Below are positions 36,485 through 44,834 of a stretch of DNA of 64,000 bases, one piece after another. The notes under the pieces were generated by a model. It had not been told where the DNA came from, did not search any database, and was given only the letters and a program-made list of their open reading frames with translations. The stretch comes from Planctomycetota bacterium (GTDB lineage Bacteria > Planctomycetota > Planctomycetia > Pirellulales > UBA1268), in NCBI GenBank assembly GCA_003669585.1, contig QWOQ01000005.1:266502-330501 (forward strand), in the 5' to 3' direction. The position numbers and the translations under genes were made by a program. Positions within the stretch are counted from its first letter, which is position 1. Each line of letters begins with the position of its first letter.

Positions 36485-37539
36485 TCGAGCAGCACCTCAT
36501 CCATACTTACTTGTTGCGCAATAACCGCAACGCAATCTCCCTGCTGCGTAAGGCATGGCGCCCGCATCGTGATCAGAAATCCTGACGACTGCGCGCACAC
36601 AGATTCGGGTGTTCGATCAGGGCGTTCCAATTGATGGATGAAACCCACGGTCTGTCCTCGCGTGACCATCTCACCGAGATCGACCGTAACCTCGAAAATG
36701 CCAGACTCCGGTGCCAAAAGATAGTTCTCTCGCGACAGCGCCTGCGTAAGCACTACCGGAGGCAGGCCGAGCGATTCGCGGGTTTTTTCGCGTCCTTTCA
36801 GAAGCCCCACATGCACAAGAACATTTCGAAGACCACTTTGAGTGATGCGATGCACCGTTGCGGGAATGCACTCGCCGCCACCCATTTCAGTGGTGATGAC
36901 AACTTTTCCCTGATTCTCAGCCTCTACCGGAAGCAGGCCTGAACCGGCGATATCTGTGTACAGAAATGAAAAATCTGAATTCCACGCCAGCATTGCAGCG
37001 AGCATTTTTTTTCGCTGATTCAAATCCGCAACAAGGTGCATATGAGAACAGGGCACAAATTCCATGCTGCGACCACCCGAGTGAATGTCGATGACAACGT
37101 CACACAGTGGAAAAAGCACGGTTGTAAGAAAGTGCGCGATCTGGCTCGTTACGCTTCCCTCAGCCGATCCGGGAAAAGCGCGATTCATATTCATGCCGTC
37201 GATCGGAGACAATCTCGTCGAAGCTCTGGCAGCTGGCAGGTTGAGTGAAGGAATCAGAATCAATCGTCCGCTGATCTGCTCTGGCAGAATTTCGCGAGCG
37301 AGTTTCATGATTGCAATTTGCCCTTGATATTCATCCCCGTGGTTTCCACCGAGGAGAAGCACTGTCGGACCGTAGTCAGATTCTTTTCCCTGACGATTGA
37401 TGAGAACGGTGATGGGCACCATCACGTTTGCCCATCCGGCAAGGTTATGCGAATGGGGTATCTGTAGAAAACCCTGTTGCTTCCCCTGTTTTTCAAAGTC
37501 AATCGATGTGTAAAGCATGATGTGCTCGCTATGCCGCAT
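36481..37539 (-). CDS. Succinylglutamate desuccinylase / aspartoacylase (AstE/AspA) family zinc deacylase
   Basis: Motifs LLLGGNHGDEYQG (His/Glu zinc ligands) and DIHSGG are present. Length is 352 aa. It is the first gene of the coupled operon. Confidence 0.8.
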   Translation of the reverse strand: MRHSEHIMLYTSIDFEKQGKQQGFLQIPHSHNLAGWANVMVPITVLINRQGKESDYGPTVLLLGGNHGDEYQGQIAIMKLAREILPEQISGRLILIPSLNLPAARASTRLSPIDGMNMNRAFPGSAEGSVTSQIAHFLTTVLFPLCDVVIDIHSGGRSMEFVPCSHMHLVADLNQRKKMLAAMLAWNSDFSFLYTDIAGSGLLPVEAENQGKVVITTEMGGGECIPATVHRITQSGLRNVLVHVGLLKGREKTRESLGLPPVVLTQALSRENYLLAPESGIFEVTVDLGEMVTRGQTVGFIHQLERPDRTPESVCAQSSGFLITMRAPCLTQQGDCVAVIAQQVSMDEVLLE

Positions 37540-37595
37540 TCATTCTGAGTTATTTATTGTGTGTGTCTTTTGTCTCGACTGGCTTTCTACCAAAT

Positions 37596-38990
37596 TCACC
37601 ACGTTTCGCGGCTGACTTGTTTTACAAGTGCATCAACGTGCGTTGTGATTCGTTCTTCAATATCACCTGCCCAGCGAAATGCAGGTCGGCCATATTCGAA
37701 TAGGTTGGGACCACCTTCGTATCCGCCCTCCAGCCAGACTCTTCTCGACGGGATATAGGCGATCATGTCGTCACTATATCCGCAGACCCACGTGCCAGGG
37801 CCATACTTCTTTTTAAATTGCAACGCATAGTCGACGACTGTTTCGGCACCCATGCCGATAACGAGCATTTCTTCACCAAGCCGCCAGGCATGCAGCGGAT
37901 AGGGGTACGAGGACGGAAACTGCTCTCCAGCGTCCAACGCTTCAATCATTCGAGCAGCCCACCTCGCACGTACTGCGTTTGAATCCTTCAATGCAGCGTG
38001 AAGATCTCCTCGGTCTACCGTTTTCTCATATGGCAGTTCGATGAATTCAAATGCCGTCTGGAGGTTTGGTGACACTTCTCGCAATGGCAAGAGAATTGCT
38101 TTTTCAACAGCTTTGGCAAGCATCGTGCCATAGGTTTGACACAGTTCTACGCTGCGCCGCGGAAGTGGATTCTGATCACCGCCGCAGGTATTCACGAAAA
38201 GTGCCGTTGCATTTGGATGATTTTCTTCCACTTGAAGCTGTGCAAAACCCGGATAGTCACCGCACCATGTTGTGAAGTTAAGCGTCGTCGGATGACAGGC
38301 ATACCCGAAGAGCACTGCATAAAGCTCACCGTCAGACCGCCTGACGGTCATCACGGGCACCGCATGATCAACCGGGCCAACAAAAGGTTTTCCTGCCGCA
38401 AGCATCGCCGGAACATCCGCTTCAGGATTATTCCGCCGATTGACAGCAAATGTTGTTTGTCCCTCGCCGATCGCAAGAGTTGCCGGTTCGAGTGCCGCAA
38501 GTGAATCTTTTATCATCAAGACCATTTCCTCGACCATCGTCGCGGTATAGTCCTTGACGAGTTCAACCTGCTCGGCGTCTACCGGATAGTAGTCAACCAG
38601 ATCGTCGCCAAGCCTCGGTCCACAGTGGTTGTGTGAAAAAGTGAGCATCACTTGATCACGCTGAAGTCCACACTGCTGTCGAAGTTGTTCAAAGACCAGA
38701 TCACTCATACTCTTTGGAATGCCCTGAAAATCACTGGTAACAAGAATCACTTGCCGACCTTTTGCATCTTCAAGGGCAAGAGCTTTCATCCAGAGATCGT
38801 GAAGTTTTCCAACGGGCGAACGCTTTGAACCATATCCAGCGAGCCACACAGGATTGTGAGGCGTAATGACTCGCTTCGCAGTTCCAGCTTTCCACGAGGA
38901 ATTCTCAATCGCCGCAGCGTTGTGCGCAAAGACACCAAAAGAGAAAATCACTCCTGCGCAGTAAACCATCAACTGTTTTGTCAATCGCAT
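37596..38990 (-). CDS. Neutral/alkaline non-lysosomal ceramidase N-terminal-domain-like exported hydrolase
   Basis: Signal peptide: MRLTKQLMVYCAGVIFSFGVFAHNAAA. The segment AGTAKRVITPHNPVWLAGYG...GKLHDLWMKALALEDAKGRQVILVTSD fits that family's N-terminal pattern. The assignment is by motif memory only. Confidence 0.6.
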   Translation of the reverse strand: MRLTKQLMVYCAGVIFSFGVFAHNAAAIENSSWKAGTAKRVITPHNPVWLAGYGSKRSPVGKLHDLWMKALALEDAKGRQVILVTSDFQGIPKSMSDLVFEQLRQQCGLQRDQVMLTFSHNHCGPRLGDDLVDYYPVDAEQVELVKDYTATMVEEMVLMIKDSLAALEPATLAIGEGQTTFAVNRRNNPEADVPAMLAAGKPFVGPVDHAVPVMTVRRSDGELYAVLFGYACHPTTLNFTTWCGDYPGFAQLQVEENHPNATALFVNTCGGDQNPLPRRSVELCQTYGTMLAKAVEKAILLPLREVSPNLQTAFEFIELPYEKTVDRGDLHAALKDSNAVRARWAARMIEALDAGEQFPSSYPYPLHAWRLGEEMLVIGMGAETVVDYALQFKKKYGPGTWVCGYSDDMIAYIPSRRVWLEGGYEGGPNLFEYGRPAFRWAGDIEERITTHVDALVKQVSRETW

Positions 38991-39212
38991 AGCTTTCCTA
39001 TAAACTGTCTCCGTTTGCCGACCTTAGACCTCGGCACGTTGTTCCCTCTTCGACCAGCAGTGACGACGACAACCGCTGGACTTTTCGCTTTGTCCATCGC
39101 CACGATCGACACACATCTCACACAAAAAACTCTTGGTGTATTCATACGCTAGACTCAGTGCTTCTCTCAAGCAGTTTTGAGAGCATTGAGAATTCTCTTT
39201 TTAAGGAAAACC

Positions 39213-39557
39213 ATGCTTGTCGAACGGGTGAAATATATTGTGTGGGCAGCTAACATGAATCGTGCCGTGCTTTTTTACAGGGATCTTTTTGACGGCACAG
39301 TACTCAAACAAAATGACGTGCTCAGCGAAGTTTCGATTTGTGGTGCAGTGATTGGTATCCATGGCGGGGGCGAAGGAAAACAGACATGGACGGGCTTAAG
39401 CTTTCAGGTACAGGATGTTCTACAGGGAGCAAAAGAAGTCGTCGCTGCTGGAGGCCGAGTGAGTCGCGAGCCACAAGAAGAAGCGGGCGAACCACCCCAT
39501 CTTGCTATGTGCATTGATCCTGAAGGGAACGAGTTCATGTTATCGCGAAAGCGATAA
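39213..39557 (+). CDS. VOC (glyoxalase/bleomycin-resistance) family protein
   Basis: The ATG at 39213 has AAGGA upstream. The product is 114 aa with the beta-alpha-beta-beta-beta pattern and ends IDPEGNEFML, typical of the VOC fold. Confidence 0.7.
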   Translation: MLVERVKYIVWAANMNRAVLFYRDLFDGTVLKQNDVLSEVSICGAVIGIHGGGEGKQTWTGLSFQVQDVLQGAKEVVAAGGRVSREPQEEAGEPPHLAMCIDPEGNEFMLSRKR

Positions 39558-39847
39558 GTAAAAAGCAATGCGAACTCTCGTGATTGATCTATGGGAGAGA
39601 GCGTAGCCTCTTCGGAGATGTCCGAGGCGTGAGACGAAATGAATCCGCGTTACAACAGCTGAAATTCTACTCCTCATCGCTCGCCATGAGATTGGAGAAC
39701 GAATGAAGGGCAGGTGTCTTACACAGTTCTTCGATAGACTTTTTTGCGGGTACTTACAGCTTCTTATCCTAAACAGCATCCGAATTTTGTAGCCAGTGTG
39801 AATCAACGACGTCTCTGAAGCACTCTCTGTTTATCCGCACAACTCTC

Positions 39848-41317
39848 ATGACACATTTTTATTCGACTGTTGACCCCATTGCACAACGAGCGCTTGCGAT
39901 CAATCTTGATCAAAGACTGTATGGAACCTTTGCCGAAATTGGCGCAGGCCAGGAAGTGGCCCGCTGGTTTTTTAGCGTTGGAGGCGCAGCAGGCACGGTC
40001 GCCAAGACGATCTCAGCCTATGACATGACTGTCAGCGATTCGATCTATGGCAAAGCAGTTCGATATGTGTCGCTCGAACGTCTTCGTGAAATGCTCGATC
40101 ACGAGTATGCCCTATTAATTGAACGGCTTCACGCCGCGCGTGGTGACAAAACATGTTTTTTCGCATTTGCCAATACGGCTGCAGCGCAGTCGCATTCTGG
40201 TACATCCGATTGCCATGCATGGCTTGGAATTCGTTTTCAAACAGTGCCCCATGCGCCGCCAAGCGAAGTGATTCTTCATACTCGACTGCTCGATCCAACT
40301 GCTGCGCTACAACAGGAAGCGATCGGTCGTTTGGGAGTCAATCTCTGTCATGCGGCCTTCTATGAGGGTTACTCTCCCTCTGCACTGACAAAAACTCTTC
40401 TCGATGATATTGGACGACACCGATTGGAAATTGACTGGATAAAGTTTTCTGGTCCCGCTTTTGAGACTGATGGAAAAAGTACTGTCGATCACCGTCTACT
40501 GTCACTTGACTTGGTGCGACTGGGATTTACGCCGGCAGTGCTCTTTGGAACAGACGGCTCCCCGCTACTTGCATCCGATGCGATTCGAAAACAATCCGTG
40601 CTCGTCGAACGAGGACGCTTTGCCCCGGTCACGCGACTCAATTTAGAGATGATGACGGCGGCGAGAATAGCTTTTACACGCGATGTTTTACATCACACTG
40701 CATCAGACTCTACGCGCGAACCAAAAACATCCAGCGGCACCCTCTACGAAGTCATGGAAATCACACTTCGTAATCTGCGAGATTATGGCGTTGTAGAAAA
40801 CGCTGACTTTCTTTCCCGAGTCGATCTTTTGAGCGCCGTTGGAAAAATGGTGCTCATTTCTGATCTGGGTCCATTTTATAAATTGGCCGAATATCTTTCG
40901 CAGCGATCCGTTGAAAGAGTTGGAATTGTCTTGGGAGTACCACTTCTCAAAGAAATTATGCTCGAACGTCACTACAGCGATCTGGCAGGTGGTATTCTCG
41001 AAGCATTTGGCCGGCTTTTTACGCGGGGAGTCACACTCTATGTTCAACCCACCCGTGACCCGGTGTCTGGAACCATTGTGACTGCCGAAACTCTCTCGAT
41101 TGAGCCGCACTTGACGAATTTACTTGAGCATCTCCTCGCCAACAAACACATTGCTTCGCTTGACTATGACCCCTCCACACTCCACACCTATTCGAGTGAA
41201 CTTGTACGATCACTCATCGTGAAAGGTGATCCCTCCTGGAGGAATATGGTTGAACCTGCTGTGGCAGACATCATATGCAACAATCGCTATTTCGGGATGC
41301 AATCCGACGAATCATGA
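39848..41317 (+). CDS. Conserved hypothetical protein (489 aa), family not recognised
   Basis: Clean ORF with an ATG start. The N-terminal motif YGTFAEIGAGQEVARWFF...TISAYDMTVSDSIYG looks like a conserved family signature, but I cannot name it. Confidence 0.7.
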   Translation: MTHFYSTVDPIAQRALAINLDQRLYGTFAEIGAGQEVARWFFSVGGAAGTVAKTISAYDMTVSDSIYGKAVRYVSLERLREMLDHEYALLIERLHAARGDKTCFFAFANTAAAQSHSGTSDCHAWLGIRFQTVPHAPPSEVILHTRLLDPTAALQQEAIGRLGVNLCHAAFYEGYSPSALTKTLLDDIGRHRLEIDWIKFSGPAFETDGKSTVDHRLLSLDLVRLGFTPAVLFGTDGSPLLASDAIRKQSVLVERGRFAPVTRLNLEMMTAARIAFTRDVLHHTASDSTREPKTSSGTLYEVMEITLRNLRDYGVVENADFLSRVDLLSAVGKMVLISDLGPFYKLAEYLSQRSVERVGIVLGVPLLKEIMLERHYSDLAGGILEAFGRLFTRGVTLYVQPTRDPVSGTIVTAETLSIEPHLTNLLEHLLANKHIASLDYDPSTLHTYSSELVRSLIVKGDPSWRNMVEPAVADIICNNRYFGMQSDES

Positions 41318-41330
41318 TTCAGTGATATCT

Positions 41331-41885
41331 ATGATTCCAAAAAACGTCTCTTGTGAAACCTATATTATCGAGATCCGAGTGCACGCTCTCGATGCGGTGT
41401 ATCACTCGCTCGATCCGTCTCCTTTACCACAGCGTGATCTTGATCCACGCACCCACGAATACATCCTGCAATGGGCCAGTGACGCACCACCAAAAGTCCC
41501 CATTCTTCTGCGCCTGCTTGTTCCGGTCGCCGCGCATTCTGTGGCAACTATTGCGGATTTAACAGAGGCGATCCCCCGTTTTTTTTCAGAAGAGGCGCTT
41601 CTCTTAAACCGACAACACATCCGTAATCGAGGTCGCGCGATACGCTGGTTTTCTGGCGGTCTATTCATCATGCTCGGACTTCTCTCGCTCAATTTTCTCT
41701 GCGTGCACCTCTTCCCTGGAAGCATGCTGATGGAAGTTGCCGGAGAAGCATTTGTCATCGCCGGATGGGTCTCGCTCTGGATTCCCATGGAGCGATTTGG
41801 CTTCGACGGCTGGCTGCTGCGCGACAAGTTACGAGTGTATACACGACTGAGTTCGCTGACTCTTGAAGTCGTCTACGAGACATAA
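41331..41885 (+). CDS. Hypothetical membrane protein (soluble N-terminal domain plus 2 C-terminal TM helices)
   Basis: The ATG at 41331 lies 13 nt after the upstream stop. Translation starts MIPKNVSCETYIIEIRVHALDAVYHSLDPSPLPQRDLDP. TM helices: WFSGGLFIMLGLLSLNFLCV and AGEAFVIAGWVSLWI. Confidence 0.6.
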   Translation: MIPKNVSCETYIIEIRVHALDAVYHSLDPSPLPQRDLDPRTHEYILQWASDAPPKVPILLRLLVPVAAHSVATIADLTEAIPRFFSEEALLLNRQHIRNRGRAIRWFSGGLFIMLGLLSLNFLCVHLFPGSMLMEVAGEAFVIAGWVSLWIPMERFGFDGWLLRDKLRVYTRLSSLTLEVVYET

Positions 41886-41908
41886 TCGAAGGTGAATGCA
41901 GTCGATTT

Positions 41909-41934
41909 TTAACGTATCTGCTTAACGTATCTGC
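41909..41934. repeat. Perfect tandem duplication of a 13-bp unit (TTAACGTATCTGC x2) between convergent genes
   Basis: Read directly: the copies are 41909-41921 and 41922-41934. The second copy abuts the stop codon (41935-41937) of the DapA-like gene. Confidence 0.9.
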
Positions 41935-42864
41935 TTAAGATAAAGGCGCACACTGATCGAGATCAAAAAGTGTCTTCGCCGCAATTGCAATTTCTGATAT
42001 ATCAACAGGATCGACGTTGCTCAGCATCGGCAGGAGCGGTCCTGTGACAGCGATTCCAGCACTTTCTACAGCCTGATGCAAAACTCGAATTGGATTGATG
42101 CTATTTCGAATATTTTCAAGCGGCTTGAATATGTTCACAATGCGTTGAGCGTCTTCCCAAAACCTGAGTCGAATCGACGAAAGCAATGCCTGAGAGAGTC
42201 GTGGAGCAATACAGACACATCCGCTCGTAAATCCTCCAAGAGCAAAGTCTCGCAGGTGTTCAATCGCTGGTTGCTCTCCGATGCCGCTGATAATCTTGCT
42301 CGGGTCGATCAAGTCAACTAATCGGCGCAAATAGGGATCGTTTGCAGAATCTGGCCTTACTGTTGCATATTTAATTGCACTGAGAAGGCCTTCCCGATCA
42401 AGTGTCGCGGCATCCTCCGGCTCAATAAATCCATCCTGCTTGATATACAGCATCGCTGGAATTCCTGCAGCTTCAACAAACGCGCGCACCCCTTTTGCTA
42501 CTCCAAGGCTCGTCGTAATACCCTGCTGGGGTAACACCATGACCGTAGAAAACGCGAACCGCCGAATGATCTTGGCCTGCTCCATGAGAAGGCCAAGCGT
42601 GGGTCCCGCCGATGGAATGACGAGCGTTGTATCGGCAGCGAGTGACGCAAGCATTTCAAGCGTTTGCTCATACTCTGAAAGTGGAAGATGATAAAAGTTT
42701 GCATTGCCTCCATACAGCAGGAGCGAAACGCCACCGGCTTCTAGATGTCGGATGATTTGTAAATTTGCATCTCCGTTGACTGAATAATCAGTGCGTCTGG
42801 CAAGCGGAGGCACTGCAATTACGCTTTTTGACAAATGCTCTACGGAAAGAATCGAGGTGTCCAT
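41935..42864 (-). CDS. Dihydrodipicolinate synthase / N-acetylneuraminate lyase family (class I aldolase) protein
   Basis: 309 aa. The N-terminal pattern VIAVPPLARRTDYSVNGDANLQIIRHLEAGGVSLLLYGGNANFYHL fits the DapA-family TIM barrel. It sits immediately downstream of the IlvD/Edd-type dehydratase. Confidence 0.75.
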   Translation of the reverse strand: MDTSILSVEHLSKSVIAVPPLARRTDYSVNGDANLQIIRHLEAGGVSLLLYGGNANFYHLPLSEYEQTLEMLASLAADTTLVIPSAGPTLGLLMEQAKIIRRFAFSTVMVLPQQGITTSLGVAKGVRAFVEAAGIPAMLYIKQDGFIEPEDAATLDREGLLSAIKYATVRPDSANDPYLRRLVDLIDPSKIISGIGEQPAIEHLRDFALGGFTSGCVCIAPRLSQALLSSIRLRFWEDAQRIVNIFKPLENIRNSINPIRVLHQAVESAGIAVTGPLLPMLSNVDPVDISEIAIAAKTLFDLDQCAPLS

Positions 42865-42915
42865 GAATCTACTTTTCCAATGAGGTCATCCAACTCACTC
42901 AAACAATCCGCACGG

Positions 42916-44658
42916 CTAAAAAATATCTGGCTCTGCGGTAGGCGCACCTCGTTCGAGAAACCGAAAATCACACCCTTCGTGGGCTTGTGTCACTTCATCG
43001 AGAAAAAGACGACCGTAGCCCCGCGAGTGGCACCGCTCGGCGGGCTTCCAGAGTGATTTTCGATTGGCAAACTCCTGGTCGCTCACGCACGCATGAATAC
43101 GACGGGCTTCAAGATCTATTTCAATCATGTCGCCATCGTGAATCAGCGCCAGTGGTCCTCCCACCGCAGATTCTGGTGACACATGGAGAACGCAGGTGCC
43201 GTAGCTTGTTCCAGACATTCGTGCATCAGATATTCGCACCATATCGCGAACGCCTTGTCGAAGCAGTTTCTTGGGGATCGGGAGCATGCCCCATTCAGGC
43301 ATGCCCGGAGCGCCACTCGGGCCTGAGCCCTGAAGAAGAAGCACGTGATCGGCAGACACTTCGAGATCGTCGCGATCGATTCTGTTTTTTAAATCTGCGT
43401 ATGAATGAAAGACGATTGCAGGCCCAACGTGCTTGAAGAGTCTCGAATCAGCGCCCGTGGGCTTGATGACACATCCATCGGGGGCGAGATTTCCACGGAG
43501 CACATAGGTTCCTCCTGCCTGCCGCAGCGGATTTTCAAGCGGTCGAATAACCTCTGGAAGAATCACTTCTGCGTCTTCGATATTCTCTCCTAACGTACGA
43601 CCGTTCGCACAACGACAATCAAGCGAGAGATGTCTGCGCAGTTGATTGAGAAACGCCGGAACTCCACCGGCATCATGAAAATCTTCCATCAGAAATTCGC
43701 CGGCAGGCCGCAGGTTTACGATTACCGGAACTACCCTCGAAATGCGATCAAAATCATCAATCGACAATGGCACACCTGCTCGACGGGCAAGTGCAATGAG
43801 ATGAATGATCGCGTTGGTCGATCCGCATAGTGCCATGTCGGCAACGACTGCATTTTCAAAAGAGGCTTGCGTAAGCAAGGTGGCAGGCCTGAGATCCTCC
43901 CACACCATTTCCACGATGCGACGGCCACATCGCGTGGCCATTCGCGAATGTGCCGAATGAGTTGCTGGGATCGTCGCTGCACTAGGAAGCGTCATGCCCA
44001 TCGTTTCGCATAGAACAGCCATCGTTGAGGCGGTGCCCATTGTCATACAGGTGCCAGGAGAGCGGGCGATCCCTTCCTCAATTTCACGCATCGCACATTC
44101 GCTCAAACATCCGGCTTGCCGCTCGGCCCAATATTTCCAGACGTCGGTTCCACTTCCGAGTTTCACATCCTTCCAACGCCCAGCCACCATGGGACCCGCT
44201 GGCAGAAGAAGGGAGGGAACGTCAGCCGAGATTGCTCCCATCAGCAGCCCAGGAACTGTCTTGTCGCAACCGCCGAGAAGAACAGCACCATCAATTGGAT
44301 GTGAACGCAAAACCTCTTCGGTCTCCATCGCAAGAAGATTGCGATAGAACATCGCCGTGGGCTTCATGAACATTTCCGAGAGCGACATGACCGGAATCTC
44401 AACAGGAAATCCTCCTGCCTGCCAGACTCCTCGCTTCAACTCTTCGGCACGTTGGCGAAAATGTGTGTGGCACTGATTAAGATCGCTCCATGTATTGAGA
44501 ATTCCAATAACTGGTTTTCCCTGGGCATCCTCAGCTGAGTATCCCATCTGCCGCAAACGACTGCGGTGGCCGAAACTTCGAAGATCATCCGGAGCAAACC
44601 ATCGCTGCGATCGCAGCTGATCAGGGGAGCGTTTCGGTGAAGGGTTGGATATTGACAT
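42916..44658 (-). CDS. IlvD/Edd family dehydratase (dihydroxy-acid / sugar-acid dehydratase)
   Basis: Motifs LLGGCDKTVPGLLMG and CMTMGTASTM are present. Length is 580 aa. Confidence 0.92.
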   Translation of the reverse strand: MSISNPSPKRSPDQLRSQRWFAPDDLRSFGHRSRLRQMGYSAEDAQGKPVIGILNTWSDLNQCHTHFRQRAEELKRGVWQAGGFPVEIPVMSLSEMFMKPTAMFYRNLLAMETEEVLRSHPIDGAVLLGGCDKTVPGLLMGAISADVPSLLLPAGPMVAGRWKDVKLGSGTDVWKYWAERQAGCLSECAMREIEEGIARSPGTCMTMGTASTMAVLCETMGMTLPSAATIPATHSAHSRMATRCGRRIVEMVWEDLRPATLLTQASFENAVVADMALCGSTNAIIHLIALARRAGVPLSIDDFDRISRVVPVIVNLRPAGEFLMEDFHDAGGVPAFLNQLRRHLSLDCRCANGRTLGENIEDAEVILPEVIRPLENPLRQAGGTYVLRGNLAPDGCVIKPTGADSRLFKHVGPAIVFHSYADLKNRIDRDDLEVSADHVLLLQGSGPSGAPGMPEWGMLPIPKKLLRQGVRDMVRISDARMSGTSYGTCVLHVSPESAVGGPLALIHDGDMIEIDLEARRIHACVSDQEFANRKSLWKPAERCHSRGYGRLFLDEVTQAHEGCDFRFLERGAPTAEPDIF

Positions 44659-44834
44659 GAACGCTCGCCGGAGAACAGAGGCTTCATTGTACGATACCTT
44701 ATTCGATTCACAAGTCTAAATTGATGCAACGTCTAGATCTTAGGGGACACTCGATTCTCTTTGAGACAATCGGTGTGACTCCTCATTCGTTTGAACCAAC
44801 TGATGTACAGGATCCCTAGAATCAGAGCTTGTCG

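Noticed and set aside
32496-37539. Reading the enolase-superfamily enzyme plus AstE-type desuccinylase as an N-succinylamino-acid racemase pathway.
   Set aside because: NSAR/OSBS enzymes belong to the MLE subgroup, which has a catalytic Lys before the GG turn. Here that position reads QPDVTKVGG, followed by IPHGWN. That is the Asp/His pattern of the mandelate-racemase / acid-sugar-dehydratase subgroup. The judgement was made by eye and has not been aligned.
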